From Candidatus Nitrosopumilus koreensis AR1 (GTDB lineage Archaea > Thermoproteota > Nitrososphaeria > Nitrososphaerales > Nitrosopumilaceae): 32,000 nucleotides of DNA. The stretch lies in NCBI RefSeq assembly GCF_000299365.1, contig NC_018655.1, forward strand, positions 450,001 to 482,000, read 5' to 3'. The translations under genes and the position numbers were made by a program. The notes under the pieces are model-generated. The model was not told the origin of the DNA and did no database searches. It saw only the letters and a program-made list of their open reading frames with translations. Shown one piece after another: positions 1 to 8,931 of this stretch. Position 1 is the first letter of the stretch. Each line of letters begins with the position of its first letter.

Positions 1-768
1 GTGAGCTTTTGCAACCACTTCTTCTTCTCTTTTTATTCCAAGCGGAGATTTTACTCTGGCTTGTGCACGCATGAACACATTTCCTATCAATCCTGTTAAC
101 AAGACATGATCTGCACGTCCATTTTGAATGAGTAATTTGATTGCCTCAAGTCTGTCTGGTACTTTAGATCCTCCAAGAACTATCACATGAGGCGCTTTAG
201 CTACAGTCATGATTTCATCTAGGTTTCGAACCTCTCTTTCAACAATTCTTCCTGCACATGCAGGTAATACTTGTGGAAAACCAACAATTGATGGGTGTGA
301 TCTGTGAGCACTAGGAAATGAATCTAATACACAAAGATCAAATAGTTTGGCCAAGCGTGTCACCATTATTGTTTTTGCTGCATTCTCTGGTGTAAACTCG
401 TAGTTTTCTTCTGCACATAATCTGAGATTATCTAAAAGTAGAATGTCTCCATTTTCTAAATTCTTAATTGCATTTTGTGCAGCTTCTCCAATTACATCTT
501 CGACATATTTTATTTTACGATTCATCAATTTTTCAAGAACTTTTGCATGTTTGTCCATACCGGTATAATCATTATTTCCAACTCTTCCTTGGTGTGATGC
601 AACTACTACTTTGGATTCCTTTAGTGATTGTAATGTTTCAATAGCTTCTTCAATTCTTTTAGTGCCTGAAATCTCCATTGTTTCTGGATCAATTGGACAA
701 TTCATGTCGACCCTCAAAAAAACAGTTTTACCTTTTAAGTCAAAATCGTCTAGTGTGAGTACCTTCAC
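1..768 (-). CDS. pgk: Phosphoglycerate kinase, N-terminal part (C-terminus runs off the window at base 1)
   Basis: Hand translation of the minus strand from a GTG at 768: VKVLTLDDFDLKGKTVFLRVDMNCPIDPETMEISGTKRIEEAIETLQSLKES..VVASHQGR..DYTGMDKHAKVLEKLM..DILLLDNLRL..., typical archaeal PGK motifs. Absent from the ORF track because it is truncated. Confidence 0.93.
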   Translation of the reverse strand, partial: MKVLTLDDFDLKGKTVFLRVDMNCPIDPETMEISGTKRIEEAIETLQSLKESKVVVASHQGRVGNNDYTGMDKHAKVLEKLMNRKIKYVEDVIGEAAQNAIKNLENGDILLLDNLRLCAEENYEFTPENAAKTIMVTRLAKLFDLCVLDSFPSAHRSHPSIVGFPQVLPACAGRIVEREVRNLDEIMTVAKAPHVIVLGGSKVPDRLEAIKLLIQNGRADHVLLTGLIGNVFMRAQARVKSPLGIKREEEVVAKAH

Positions 769-903
769 GCCTTTTCTATTATCCACTTGGTTAAATTCTT
801 TGAGCCGATCAGAATTATTTTATCAATTCCTTTTCAACAACAATGATTTCCAAAACTTATCTATTGACAAAAATTAAAAGATGCATACATGGAGTTTGAT
901 TGA

Positions 904-1572
904 TTGCAAAACTGGCTTTTTGATATTAGGTCTCGCTCATTTGTATTACTGACAATTTTATTTTTAATTCTAACTGGATTTGTCTATTCGGGAATCACAG
1001 ACAGCTTTGATCAAAGTGTTGTTTTATTTTTCTCTCAAAATATTGGAAATCCAACTCTTGACATTGTAATGCAGTATGTTACAGAAAGTGGTGATGTCTT
1101 TAACATGCTAATGTTTGGAATTCTGATGTTAATTATTCCTAAAACTCGAAGAATTGGAATTACCTTAATGATTCTAATTGTGTTGTCTACTCTTCTAACT
1201 GGCTACATAAAATGTGGAGTTGACCGTGACAGGCCTGATTTTGATTATGAGGGTGTAGAATTTCCTGTAGAAATCAGCCGCGATACTTTTGCCCTGTTCT
1301 GTGAAGGAGGATTTGATGCATCTTATCCATCTGGACATGCTGCTAGGTCTATGATATTTGGAATAATTTTAGGCTATGCATTATCTGAGAGATTCCCACG
1401 TGGGGCATATTTGATGTTCTTGTATCCTGTAATGATCTCTGTGAGCAGAATCTATGTTTTACAACATTATCCTATGGATGTGATAGGAGGGGCTGTCATT
1501 GGAATAATGCTTGCAGGTGTAATGGCAAATAGAACTAAACTCTATAAAATTTTTGAAAAATCAAAAACCTAA
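904..1572 (+). CDS. PAP2-family membrane phosphatase
   Basis: Multiple TM helices plus PAP2-like motifs: KCGVDRDRPDF, YPSGHAARSM, SRIYVLQHYPMDVIGG. Confidence 0.88.
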   Translation: MQNWLFDIRSRSFVLLTILFLILTGFVYSGITDSFDQSVVLFFSQNIGNPTLDIVMQYVTESGDVFNMLMFGILMLIIPKTRRIGITLMILIVLSTLLTGYIKCGVDRDRPDFDYEGVEFPVEISRDTFALFCEGGFDASYPSGHAARSMIFGIILGYALSERFPRGAYLMFLYPVMISVSRIYVLQHYPMDVIGGAVIGIMLAGVMANRTKLYKIFEKSKT

Positions 1573-1890
1573 TTCTGTCAATGCTGAATTACTGATCAAA
1601 ACTATTGCATAGTGGTCATCATCATGATGATATGTCCAATACCTGACATCTCGGATTTCATTTTTTTGTCTTAATCCATGAGTTACCCCTGTTGTAACAG
1701 TGTATCCAATTCTTTTTGCTAATTTTGATTCTTTTGGCATCAAAACTCTGAATCCTTCCTTTTTATCTTGGAATCCGATTCTCACCATGTCTTCCACAGC
1801 ATTTGATGCTTCTTTTTCATCTTTTAGATCATATGTTTTAGAAATTGGCAAGTCTTTTGGATGAAAATCCATGATTATTATCAAATTCAT
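1561..1890 (-). CDS. Conserved-looking hypothetical protein, 109 aa
   Basis: Complete ORF; overlaps the end of the PAP2 gene convergently by 12 bp; strong codon-like pattern, no family recognised. Confidence 0.65.
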   Translation of the reverse strand: MNLIIIMDFHPKDLPISKTYDLKDEKEASNAVEDMVRIGFQDKKEGFRVLMPKESKLAKRIGYTVTTGVTHGLRQKNEIRDVRYWTYHHDDDHYAIVLISNSALTELGF

Positions 1891-1997
1891 TGACTAATAT
1901 TTTTTAAAAAAATGATTTTGGCGATCAATATTAGTTAATTTTCTTAACTGGTAAGTCAAATCCTGATTATATTAACAACTTAATCGACTCTTTTGAT

Positions 1998-2864
1998 TTG
2001 TTTGAATCATTGGAATCCTTAGAAAAAACAGTTCTACAGCTGCGTAAAAAACAACAAGAAGCAACCAGACTAAGAAAAAAAGCAGAAAAACAACTCAAAG
2101 AAGTTCTTTCTGCTCAAAGACGATCTTCTTCAGGTCTTAATTCTATCGATAAAAAAATTGAATCTGAGAAAGAAGATGCTTCTGATGTTTCTGATGTTCT
2201 TAACCAAAAAAACTCCCAATTGGCAAGTATTGAAAGGCTAATTCAGGCTGCTGAGGAAAGATTGACTAGAGAAAAAGAGGCAATTGAACAGACTGAGCAA
2301 GAAATTGAATTTTCTGAAAATCCTGAAGAAAAACAATATGCTGAATCCAGATTACGTTCACTCCGAGATCATGTTGAGGAATTAATTTCTGAAATTAAAA
2401 ACAGGCAAAAAACTGCCAAAAAAATTGCTGATGATGTTGCCAAATTTGATACAATAAAATCAAAGATTTCTACTAAAATTCAAAAACAATCTCAAGCAAA
2501 ACCTTCCTTACGTGAGACAATGATGTCTAGTAAGAAAGATGCCGAGAAATTTGTAAAAGAATTAGAAAGACGAAAAAAATCTGAATCATCTGTTAAAAAG
2601 GCATTAGAGAAGGCATCATCAAAACTAAGGGAATTTTTAGATAAACAAAGAAAAACTGCAGCTAAAAAGAAAGCAACCAAAAAGAAAGCAACCAAAAAGA
2701 AACCCGCAAGAAAAACTGCAGCTAAAAAGAAAGCAACCCAACCAAAAAGAAAGCAACCAAAAAGAAAGCAACCAAAAAGAAAGCAACCAAAAAGAAAGCA
2801 ACCAAAAAGAAAGCAACCAAAAAGAAACCCGCAAGAAAAAAACGTTAAACTATTTTTTCTATAA
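1998..2864 (+). CDS. Coiled-coil protein with histone-H1-like lysine-rich C-terminal tail
   Basis: N-terminal ~200 aa is heptad-like, charged and E/K/Q rich; tail is KKKAT/KKPARKTAAKKK followed by PKRKQ repeats. Confidence 0.8.
   Translation: MFESLESLEKTVLQLRKKQQEATRLRKKAEKQLKEVLSAQRRSSSGLNSIDKKIESEKEDASDVSDVLNQKNSQLASIERLIQAAEERLTREKEAIEQTEQEIEFSENPEEKQYAESRLRSLRDHVEELISEIKNRQKTAKKIADDVAKFDTIKSKISTKIQKQSQAKPSLRETMMSSKKDAEKFVKELERRKKSESSVKKALEKASSKLREFLDKQRKTAAKKKATKKKATKKKPARKTAAKKKATQPKRKQPKRKQPKRKQPKRKQPKRKQPKRNPQEKNVKLFFL
2664..2830 (+). repeat. 15-bp tandem repeat (AAAAAGAAAGCAACC) inside the lysine-rich tail coding region
   Basis: Exact units at 2664-2678, 2679-2693, 2724-2738, then five consecutive exact units 2744-2818 and a partial unit from 2819; an extra CAACC lies at 2739-2743. 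Confidence 0.93.
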
Positions 2865-2897
2865 CCTTAAAGTAGGTTTTACCTAAGTGTCTTTATA

Positions 2898-3503
2898 ATG
2901 AAAAAACGTGGACCTATTATTTCTATTTCAGGAATTATTTTGGTGATGATTTCTCTTTCTATTGCCGTATCTGCAGTTCCAACCAATGCTACTAGCCCTG
3001 GTGATTTCTCTGTCTCTTCATTGTTTGAAGGTATGTTTGATGAAATATCTAATGAAGCTGAAATTATGCCTGGTGATTCAGCCTATTTTTCCTACACGAC
3101 TTATTCGTCAAACATTCCTCTATTGTGGGGTGTTCAAATTCTTAACTATCAGGCCGGAGATGAATTATCTATAACAATTTCAAATATTTTTGGTGATAGT
3201 TATGGAACATTTGTTCAAGATGAACCTATTCTTTTTGAAGTGTTGCAAATATCCCAATCTGATACGTTAAATCTTGAAATTCAAAACCTTGGCACTAGAA
3301 GCGTTACTATAGTTGCTATGTTTTCTGAAGATCCAGAAAATTCTGAATCTTTGACAAATCCTAATTCTCCTGTTATGAGTATGGTTTTACCATTGATGAT
3401 TTCTGGATTTTTACTTATTTTGGGAATAATTGTGTCTATAATTGGTGCTGTCATAATACTAGTAGATCTGAAAAATAATCAAGACAATAAAAGAAATTAT
3501 TGA
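2898..3503 (+). CDS. Hypothetical membrane protein (N-terminal signal/TM, extracytoplasmic domain, C-terminal TM pair)
   Basis: ORF of 201 aa: hydrophobic start GPIISISGIILVMISLSIAVSAV and C-terminal MVLPLMISGFLLILGIIVSIIGAVIILV. Confidence 0.75.
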   Translation: MKKRGPIISISGIILVMISLSIAVSAVPTNATSPGDFSVSSLFEGMFDEISNEAEIMPGDSAYFSYTTYSSNIPLLWGVQILNYQAGDELSITISNIFGDSYGTFVQDEPILFEVLQISQSDTLNLEIQNLGTRSVTIVAMFSEDPENSESLTNPNSPVMSMVLPLMISGFLLILGIIVSIIGAVIILVDLKNNQDNKRNY

Positions 3504-3811
3504 GGATTTACTTCCATCTGACCAAATTTACCTTTTGTTAAGGACACTTCACCTTTGAATTCATTGGTATATCCATTTGTGATTACAACAACATCTCCAA
3601 CATTTACTGCTTTGATATCGTCTCCCCACAATGTCAATTTCATTTGGTCATCTTCCGTTTCACCATCAGCTATTACTGCATCACAGACATCAACTGTTCC
3701 TCCATTTTTTAGATTAACAGTTCTTGGGTCCCCTTTGCTTTTCACTTCTGCTTTAGCATTTATTCCACTTCGCATTTTTTTTACTTGTGAAATTGGTATG
3801 AATTCTGCCAT
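3497..3811 (-). CDS. OB-fold nucleic-acid-binding protein, RPA/SSB-like
   Basis: MAEFIPISQVKKMRSGINAKAEV...VCDAVIADGETEDDQMKLTLWGDDIKAVNVGDVVVITNGYTNEFKGEVSLTKGKFGQMEV resembles the archaeal RPA OB-fold pattern. Confidence 0.8.
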   Translation of the reverse strand: MAEFIPISQVKKMRSGINAKAEVKSKGDPRTVNLKNGGTVDVCDAVIADGETEDDQMKLTLWGDDIKAVNVGDVVVITNGYTNEFKGEVSLTKGKFGQMEVNPQ

Positions 3812-3932
3812 GTATTTTTGAATCCATTGAGCACGATTATAAGCTTTGTTAAAATTTCTTCAAAACAATAGATCATTTTTTGGATTTTTCCAAATAGTAA
3901 TCGAAAAATACTGCTCTTGGCCCATTCTCATT

Positions 3933-4033
3933 GCAGAGATATCGAAGCCCGGTCAACCGAGAGGGACTCAAGATCATCCAAATAGGAAATCCCTTCTTTT
4001 AGGAGTTCGTGGGTTCAAATCCCACTCTCTGCA
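3933..4033 (+). tRNA. tRNA-Leu(CAA), with candidate 16-nt intron at 3973-3988
   Basis: Acceptor GCAGAGA/TCTCTGC (3933-3939 / 4026-4032), D stem TCG/CGA, anticodon stem AGGGA (3962-3966)/TCCCT (3990-3994) only closes if an insertion after position 37 is removed, anticodon loop CTCAAG..A, 14-nt type II variable region, T arm GTGGG-TTCAAAT-CCCAC; no encoded CCA. Confidence 0.88.
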
Positions 4034-4049
4034 CTAATTTAATTCAAAA

Positions 4050-4172
4050 TTAAGCAACAAGTGCTTTTACTTTACTTACAGAATGCTCTGAAATCTGTTT
4101 GTGCATTTCTGCTACATTTTCGTCCTTGAAAGATAGATTGCATCTAAAACACTTCCAAATCATCTCGGACAT
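4050..4172 (-). CDS. 40-aa single C2H2-type zinc-finger microprotein
   Basis: Hand translation of the minus strand: MSEMIWKCFRCNLSFKDENVAEMHKQISEHSVSKVKALVA*; C-X2-C-X12-H-X5-H. Too short for the supplied ORF track. Confidence 0.6.
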   Translation of the reverse strand: MSEMIWKCFRCNLSFKDENVAEMHKQISEHSVSKVKALVA

Positions 4173-4356
4173 GCATGACTATAGGTGTAATTTGCTTATA
4201 AAGATATTGCATGATTGATCCAATTTTTTACAATACATGATCATTGTTATGAAAAATTTGTAATTTTTTAATTTTTTGGATCAGAATCAAATTATTTCAT
4301 GACTAAATCCAGATCCAAGGGTTTAGAAACAAAAAAACTAGCATAATCTTTGAAAG

Positions 4357-4977
4357 ATGGCAGATATTTTTGAAATTTTTGGGGAATTATCGTATTTTGG
4401 AATATTTCTTGTACTAATTCTTGTAAATGCTTCCCCCATTTTGATGCCTCCAAGCTGGATTGTTCTTACATCGTTTTATCTTCTTGACCCAAACTTGAAT
4501 GTGATTTTTCTTGCCATGATTGGCGCCACTGGTGCTACTATTGGTAGATTTTTTCTAAAAAAAATTAGTGGATTATTTAGAAAATTTGTTGGGGAAGAGC
4601 AAAAATCTAATCTTGATATAATTGGAGATTATCTAAATCACAAAAAATATGGTTATTTGATTGCATCATTTCTTTTCGGTGCTACTCCTCTCCCAAGTAA
4701 TATGCTATTCATCACTTATGGGTTAATGCGTGCAAAAAGCATTGGAATCTATATTGGATTTTGGTTTGGCAGAACAATCTCGTACATTATAATGATTTAT
4801 TTTGGAAATACTGTTTTGCAACCTTTTCTAGAAATTTTTGAAGACCGACTTACTGGTATATTGTTAATTGACGGTGTTGGGATAGGGATAATTGTACTTT
4901 TTGCATCTATAAACTGGACAGTATTAATTACTCAGAGAAAAATAAAATTCGTAAAACCAAAAATATGGAGATTCTAA
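4357..4977 (+). CDS. Membrane protein, VTT/DedA (SNARE-associated)-like
   Basis: TM-rich ORF with ...FFLKKISG...GYLIASFLFGATPLPSNMLFITYGLMRAKSIGIYIGFWFGRTISY..., reminiscent of VTT-domain proteins. Confidence 0.6.
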   Translation: MADIFEIFGELSYFGIFLVLILVNASPILMPPSWIVLTSFYLLDPNLNVIFLAMIGATGATIGRFFLKKISGLFRKFVGEEQKSNLDIIGDYLNHKKYGYLIASFLFGATPLPSNMLFITYGLMRAKSIGIYIGFWFGRTISYIIMIYFGNTVLQPFLEIFEDRLTGILLIDGVGIGIIVLFASINWTVLITQRKIKFVKPKIWRF

Positions 4978-5598
4978 ATGAAGGTTCTTGAATTACTCAA
5001 AAGAGACATAAAAAAAATAATGGAAAATGACACTGCCCATGATTTTGAACACATTATGAGAGTATACAAAAATGCACAAAATATTTGTAAAAAAGAAAAA
5101 GCAAATGAAAAATTAGTTTTGAGTGCTGCACTATTACATGATATTGTCTCTTATCCAAAATCTCACAAGCGCTCAAAAATGTCTTCTATTGAAAGTGCAA
5201 AAAAATCAAAACAAATTCTAAAAAAATATGGTTACTCTGAAGATGAAATTACAATAATTTCTGATGCCATACGTGATCATAGTTTCTCCCAAAAGAAAAT
5301 TCCTAAAACAATTGAAGGGAAAATACTCCAAGATTCTGATAGGTTGGATGCATTAGGTGCAATCGGAATTGCTAGAGTTTTTGCTACGGGCGGTTCTCTG
5401 AAAAGACCATTTTACAACCTTGATGATCCATTTTGCAAAAAACGAACTCCTGATGATAAAATATGGACCGTAGATCATTTCTTTCAAAAATTACTTAAGC
5501 TTGAATCATTAATGAATACAAAATCTGGGAAAATCGAGGCAAAAAGAAGAACTAGAATTCTAAAAGAATATCTTAAACAACTACAACAAGAAATCTAA
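4978..5598 (+). CDS. HD-domain metal-dependent phosphohydrolase
   Basis: HDFEHIMRVYKNAQNI..., AALLHDIVSYPKSHKRSKM, AIRDHSF, ILQDSDRLDALGAIGIARVF: canonical HD pattern. Starts immediately after the previous stop. Confidence 0.87.
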   Translation: MKVLELLKRDIKKIMENDTAHDFEHIMRVYKNAQNICKKEKANEKLVLSAALLHDIVSYPKSHKRSKMSSIESAKKSKQILKKYGYSEDEITIISDAIRDHSFSQKKIPKTIEGKILQDSDRLDALGAIGIARVFATGGSLKRPFYNLDDPFCKKRTPDDKIWTVDHFFQKLLKLESLMNTKSGKIEAKRRTRILKEYLKQLQQEI

Positions 5599-5906
5599 CC
5601 GTAATCAACATATCTATCGTATCTTTTCTCAATCTCTTTATTCAACCCTGAAACTATCTTCTTATACTCTTCTTTTTTTCTAAAATCGATATACTTTCGG
5701 ATGGCATCAAATTCTTCATCATCAGGATATGACTCAAAGATTGGTTCTGCCATCTTTAGATATTCTAAAGTTTTTTCACGAAATTCTTCCCTTGTAGGTT
5801 TTTTGATACCCTTCATTCTGAATTCTACTGATGCCCAACTTGCACCTATGACATGTGGCAGTAAATCAAATGCCCTTTGGATCTCGTAACGCTCGTCGTT
5901 TCTCAT
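5595..5906 (-). CDS. Hypothetical protein, 103 aa, downstream of hemB in the same orientation
   Basis: Complete ORF overlapping the start of hemB (ATGA-type overlap, 4 bp), suggesting translational coupling. Confidence 0.65.
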   Translation of the reverse strand: MRNDERYEIQRAFDLLPHVIGASWASVEFRMKGIKKPTREEFREKTLEYLKMAEPIFESYPDDEEFDAIRKYIDFRKKEEYKKIVSGLNKEIEKRYDRYVDYG

Positions 5907-6883
5907 GATTCTTGAAGAAATCTTGAAGCAGATTTTGCAAAATAAGTCACGATCATGTCTGCTCCTGCTCTCTTTATTGAATATAGTATCTCTTCTGTCA
6001 TGTCCTTCTCATTTACATATCCTAGTTGTGATGCTGCCTTTACCAAAGCATATTCTCCAGAAACACTATAAGCTGAAACTGGAACGTTAAACCTTCTTCT
6101 TGTTTCTGCAATCAAATCTAAATATGATAATGCGGGTTTTATCATGACAATGTCTACTCCTTCATTGATGTCAGTTTCTACTTCCATCATTGCTTCTCTA
6201 GCATTTGTATATGGAACCTGGTATGTCTTTCTGTCTCCAAACTTTGGTGCACATTCTGCAGCATCTCTAAATGGGGCATAAAAGTTTGAGCGATGTTTAG
6301 CTGAATGTGACATTATTGAGACATCTGAAAAACCTTCATCATCAAGTGCATTTCTTATTGCTGCAACTTGCCCATCCATCATTGCAGAAGGTGAAACGGT
6401 ATCGACTCCTGCTTTAGCTTGGCTTACTGCAATTTTTGAAAGTGTTTCTAAACTAGTATCGTTATCAATCTTGTTTCCCTGAATAATTCCACAATGCCCT
6501 GTGGATGTAAACTGGCATAGACATACATCTGCCATGATTACTATCTTGTCTCCAAAATTTTCTCTAATTTGTGAAATTGCTTTTTGAACAATTCCGTTAT
6601 CCTCAAATGCAGAAGAGCCTACTTCATCTTTTTGAGTTGGAATGCCAAATAACATAATGGCAGGAATACCTAAATCGCTAATGGTTCCCACCTCATCATT
6701 AACATCTTCTAATGGCAATCTTTCAATTGCTGTCATTGACTCCACTTTTGTTCTTGTTTTAAGATCTTCTTGAACAAATACAGGACAAATGAAATCCTTT
6801 GGAGAAAGCGTAGTCTGTTGTATTAACTCTCTCATTTTTTCTGATGTTCTTAATCTGCGGAGACGTCTGGTTGGAAATGACAT
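5903..6883 (-). CDS. hemB: Delta-aminolevulinic acid dehydratase (porphobilinogen synthase)
   Basis: PTRRLRRLR..., SPKDFICPVFVQE, ADVCLCQFTSTGHCGI, VSPSAMMDGQVAAIR, MIKPALSYLDLI, YSVSGEYALVKAA. Confidence 0.96.
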   Translation of the reverse strand: MSFPTRRLRRLRTSEKMRELIQQTTLSPKDFICPVFVQEDLKTRTKVESMTAIERLPLEDVNDEVGTISDLGIPAIMLFGIPTQKDEVGSSAFEDNGIVQKAISQIRENFGDKIVIMADVCLCQFTSTGHCGIIQGNKIDNDTSLETLSKIAVSQAKAGVDTVSPSAMMDGQVAAIRNALDDEGFSDVSIMSHSAKHRSNFYAPFRDAAECAPKFGDRKTYQVPYTNAREAMMEVETDINEGVDIVMIKPALSYLDLIAETRRRFNVPVSAYSVSGEYALVKAASQLGYVNEKDMTEEILYSIKRAGADMIVTYFAKSASRFLQES

Positions 6884-6914
6884 ATTAAAAATTCTCTTTG
6901 GGTAAAATATAATC

Positions 6915-8186
6915 CTAGTCTACCTGTTCTTGTTTTTTATAGTCAAACAGTTTACTTGCAAGGTTCACTACCTCTGGATTGCCTTGTTCAGATGCTTTTC
7001 TGATATTGTTCATTGGAGTTGAAACAATGCTTTCTACTACTGCTTTGGTTAATTCATCAATTATTTTGATTCTTTTCTCGTCTTTTTCATCTAACATTTG
7101 AAGTGCCTTTTGTAACTCTTTTTCTCTAAGTGAATCAATATTCTTGAATACATCTTTTACAAGTGGTTCTGCATCTAGTCTTTTCATTGAGGCTTCCAAT
7201 ACTAGTACTTCTTCGTTAATTATATTTTCAACGGTTTTTACCTTGTTTAATCTTGCATTCATGTTCTTCTCTACCATCTCTGCAATTTGGTCTAGATTCA
7301 TCAACTTCACTCCTCCAATGGTTGCAACTTTTTCATCTACTGTTCTTGGATTTGATAAATCTAAAATCATCATACCTCTGTTTTTGTCTTTCATTGCTTC
7401 TATAATCCGTTCATATGTAACAAGAAAATATGGTGCAGTTGTTGCTACAAATATTACATCATAGTTATCAAATCCTGAAAGAACTTGTTCAAATTTAACT
7501 GGGCTTCCTCCCATAGTTTCACAAAATGTTTCTGACCTGCTTAGCGTTCTGCTAGTTACATCAAATGCATATCCACGTCTTTGTAATGATTTTGCAACTA
7601 GTGTGGAAACCTCTCCAGTACCAATAAGCAATGTTTTCTTTGTTTTTAACTCATCAATGTTTTCTTCTGCAAGTTTTACTGCCATTGAGCCAACTGAAAT
7701 TCCTCCTTTACCAATTCCGCTAGAGTTTCTGATTCTAGTTCCCATTCTGATTGCTTTATCAAATAATGTGTTGAGATGTTGACCTGATGCTTTCTTCTCC
7801 CTTGCTGAAGTAATAGAATTTTTAATTTGGCCTAGTATTTGCTCTTCCCCTAATACCATAGAGTCTAATCCTGATGTTAATTTCAATAAATGATGCAAAG
7901 CATTTTTGTTCTCTTCAATTTCCATGTTTTCATCAAAAACTTGTTCCTCTAGCCCTGCTAATGATGCCCATGTCTTCTTTATCTTATCAAACTCTTGATC
8001 TTTTGATCTTCCAAACAACTCTATTCGATTACATGTTTGAATTATAACACATTCCTCTAATCCTGAATGTTTTTTGAATTTGTCATATGCCTCTTCAATG
8101 TCTTTTATTGTAAACTGTTCTAAAATATGGATTGGTGAATTACGAAAAGTTACACGTGCGTTAATGATATTTTGATTCATTCCCAA
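6915..8186 (-). CDS. hemA: Glutamyl-tRNA reductase
   Basis: CVIIQTCNRIELF, TSGLDSMVLGEEQILGQIK, IGKGGISVGSMAVKLA, LLIGTGEVSTLVAKSL, DLSNPRTVD. Confidence 0.96.
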   Translation of the reverse strand: MGMNQNIINARVTFRNSPIHILEQFTIKDIEEAYDKFKKHSGLEECVIIQTCNRIELFGRSKDQEFDKIKKTWASLAGLEEQVFDENMEIEENKNALHHLLKLTSGLDSMVLGEEQILGQIKNSITSAREKKASGQHLNTLFDKAIRMGTRIRNSSGIGKGGISVGSMAVKLAEENIDELKTKKTLLIGTGEVSTLVAKSLQRRGYAFDVTSRTLSRSETFCETMGGSPVKFEQVLSGFDNYDVIFVATTAPYFLVTYERIIEAMKDKNRGMMILDLSNPRTVDEKVATIGGVKLMNLDQIAEMVEKNMNARLNKVKTVENIINEEVLVLEASMKRLDAEPLVKDVFKNIDSLREKELQKALQMLDEKDEKRIKIIDELTKAVVESIVSTPMNNIRKASEQGNPEVVNLASKLFDYKKQEQVD

Positions 8187-8830
8187 TTCCTCACTATTGT
8201 AATGGCTCTTTTCTCAGCTTTTTTCATCTGACCGTCTTTTATTAACTGATCAATCCCATTATCATTCATGATACTGCGAAGACACTCTTTTCTTTCTGTT
8301 GGAGTTGGAATGTGATCCTTTGCGACCTTTCTTGCGATCTTTTGAATTTTAATTTGACTGATATCCGCTTTTGTAATTATCTCTCTAAACACCCTTTCTG
8401 ATTTTTGTTTGATCTTTTTTGACATTGCAGGACTTTGCCCTCCAGTAAAAATTGCAATCTGAATTATTTTCTCAAAATCAATTATTGCTGGATTTGAAAA
8501 ATCACTTTCTTCGGGGTTATCTGAACTATACGTGATAATTCTTCTTTTTTTCCCTGCACTGATGATTTTTTGATTGAGTTTTTTATCATTGGTTGTTGTA
8601 ATAATAATGTCTGGTTTGAATTCTGAAATGAACCTAGTATCTTGAATTTTTTGTTTTTTTAATTGAATTTTTTTTGATTTTGCAAGTTTGTTGATTTGTG
8701 AGTTTACCTTGTCACTGATCACTGTGATGTCACATTCTTGTTTGATTACAGAATTGATTCTTTTTTGTGCCTCATTGCCTCCTCCAATCACAACTATTGA
8801 TTTTCCATGAAGGTTTAGGTCTACTATCAT
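8177..8830 (-). CDS. Precorrin-2 dehydrogenase / sirohydrochlorin ferrochelatase-like (Met8/SirC-type, CysG N-terminal)
   Basis: MIVDLNLHGKSIVVIGGGNEAQKRINSV.... IITTTNDKKLNQKI..., PAIIDFEKIIQIAIFTGGQSPAMSKKIKQK; overlaps hemA by 10 bp. Confidence 0.88.
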   Translation of the reverse strand: MIVDLNLHGKSIVVIGGGNEAQKRINSVIKQECDITVISDKVNSQINKLAKSKKIQLKKQKIQDTRFISEFKPDIIITTTNDKKLNQKIISAGKKRRIITYSSDNPEESDFSNPAIIDFEKIIQIAIFTGGQSPAMSKKIKQKSERVFREIITKADISQIKIQKIARKVAKDHIPTPTERKECLRSIMNDNGIDQLIKDGQMKKAEKRAITIVRNWE

Positions 8831-8931
8831 CGATCAAAAGGGCTGGGATTTCTATTTATGTATTAAATTTTAGCATGTCTACCTAGCTACATTTTTAATT
8901 GAATGAAAGGGTCTTTGTCTTATTGACGTCA

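Noticed and set aside
611-877. ORF 611..877 on the plus strand
   Set aside because: Antisense to the well-supported pgk N-terminus; composition not protein-like.
2492-2834. ORFs 2492..2695 and 2637..2834 on the minus strand (phenylalanine/leucine-rich LLSFWLLSFWLLSFW)
   Set aside because: Antisense shadows of the lysine-rich 15-bp repeat in the plus-strand gene; the reading frame is open only because of the repeat.
3846-4037. ORF 3846..4037 on the plus strand
   Set aside because: Runs through the tRNA-Leu gene; its C-terminus is translated tRNA sequence.
8899-8931. Upstream TTG extension of the Ahb-like gene (MNERVFVLLTS)
   Set aside because: The in-frame ATG at 8932 begins right at the conserved LDKELLNEIQ helix; the extension has no family support.
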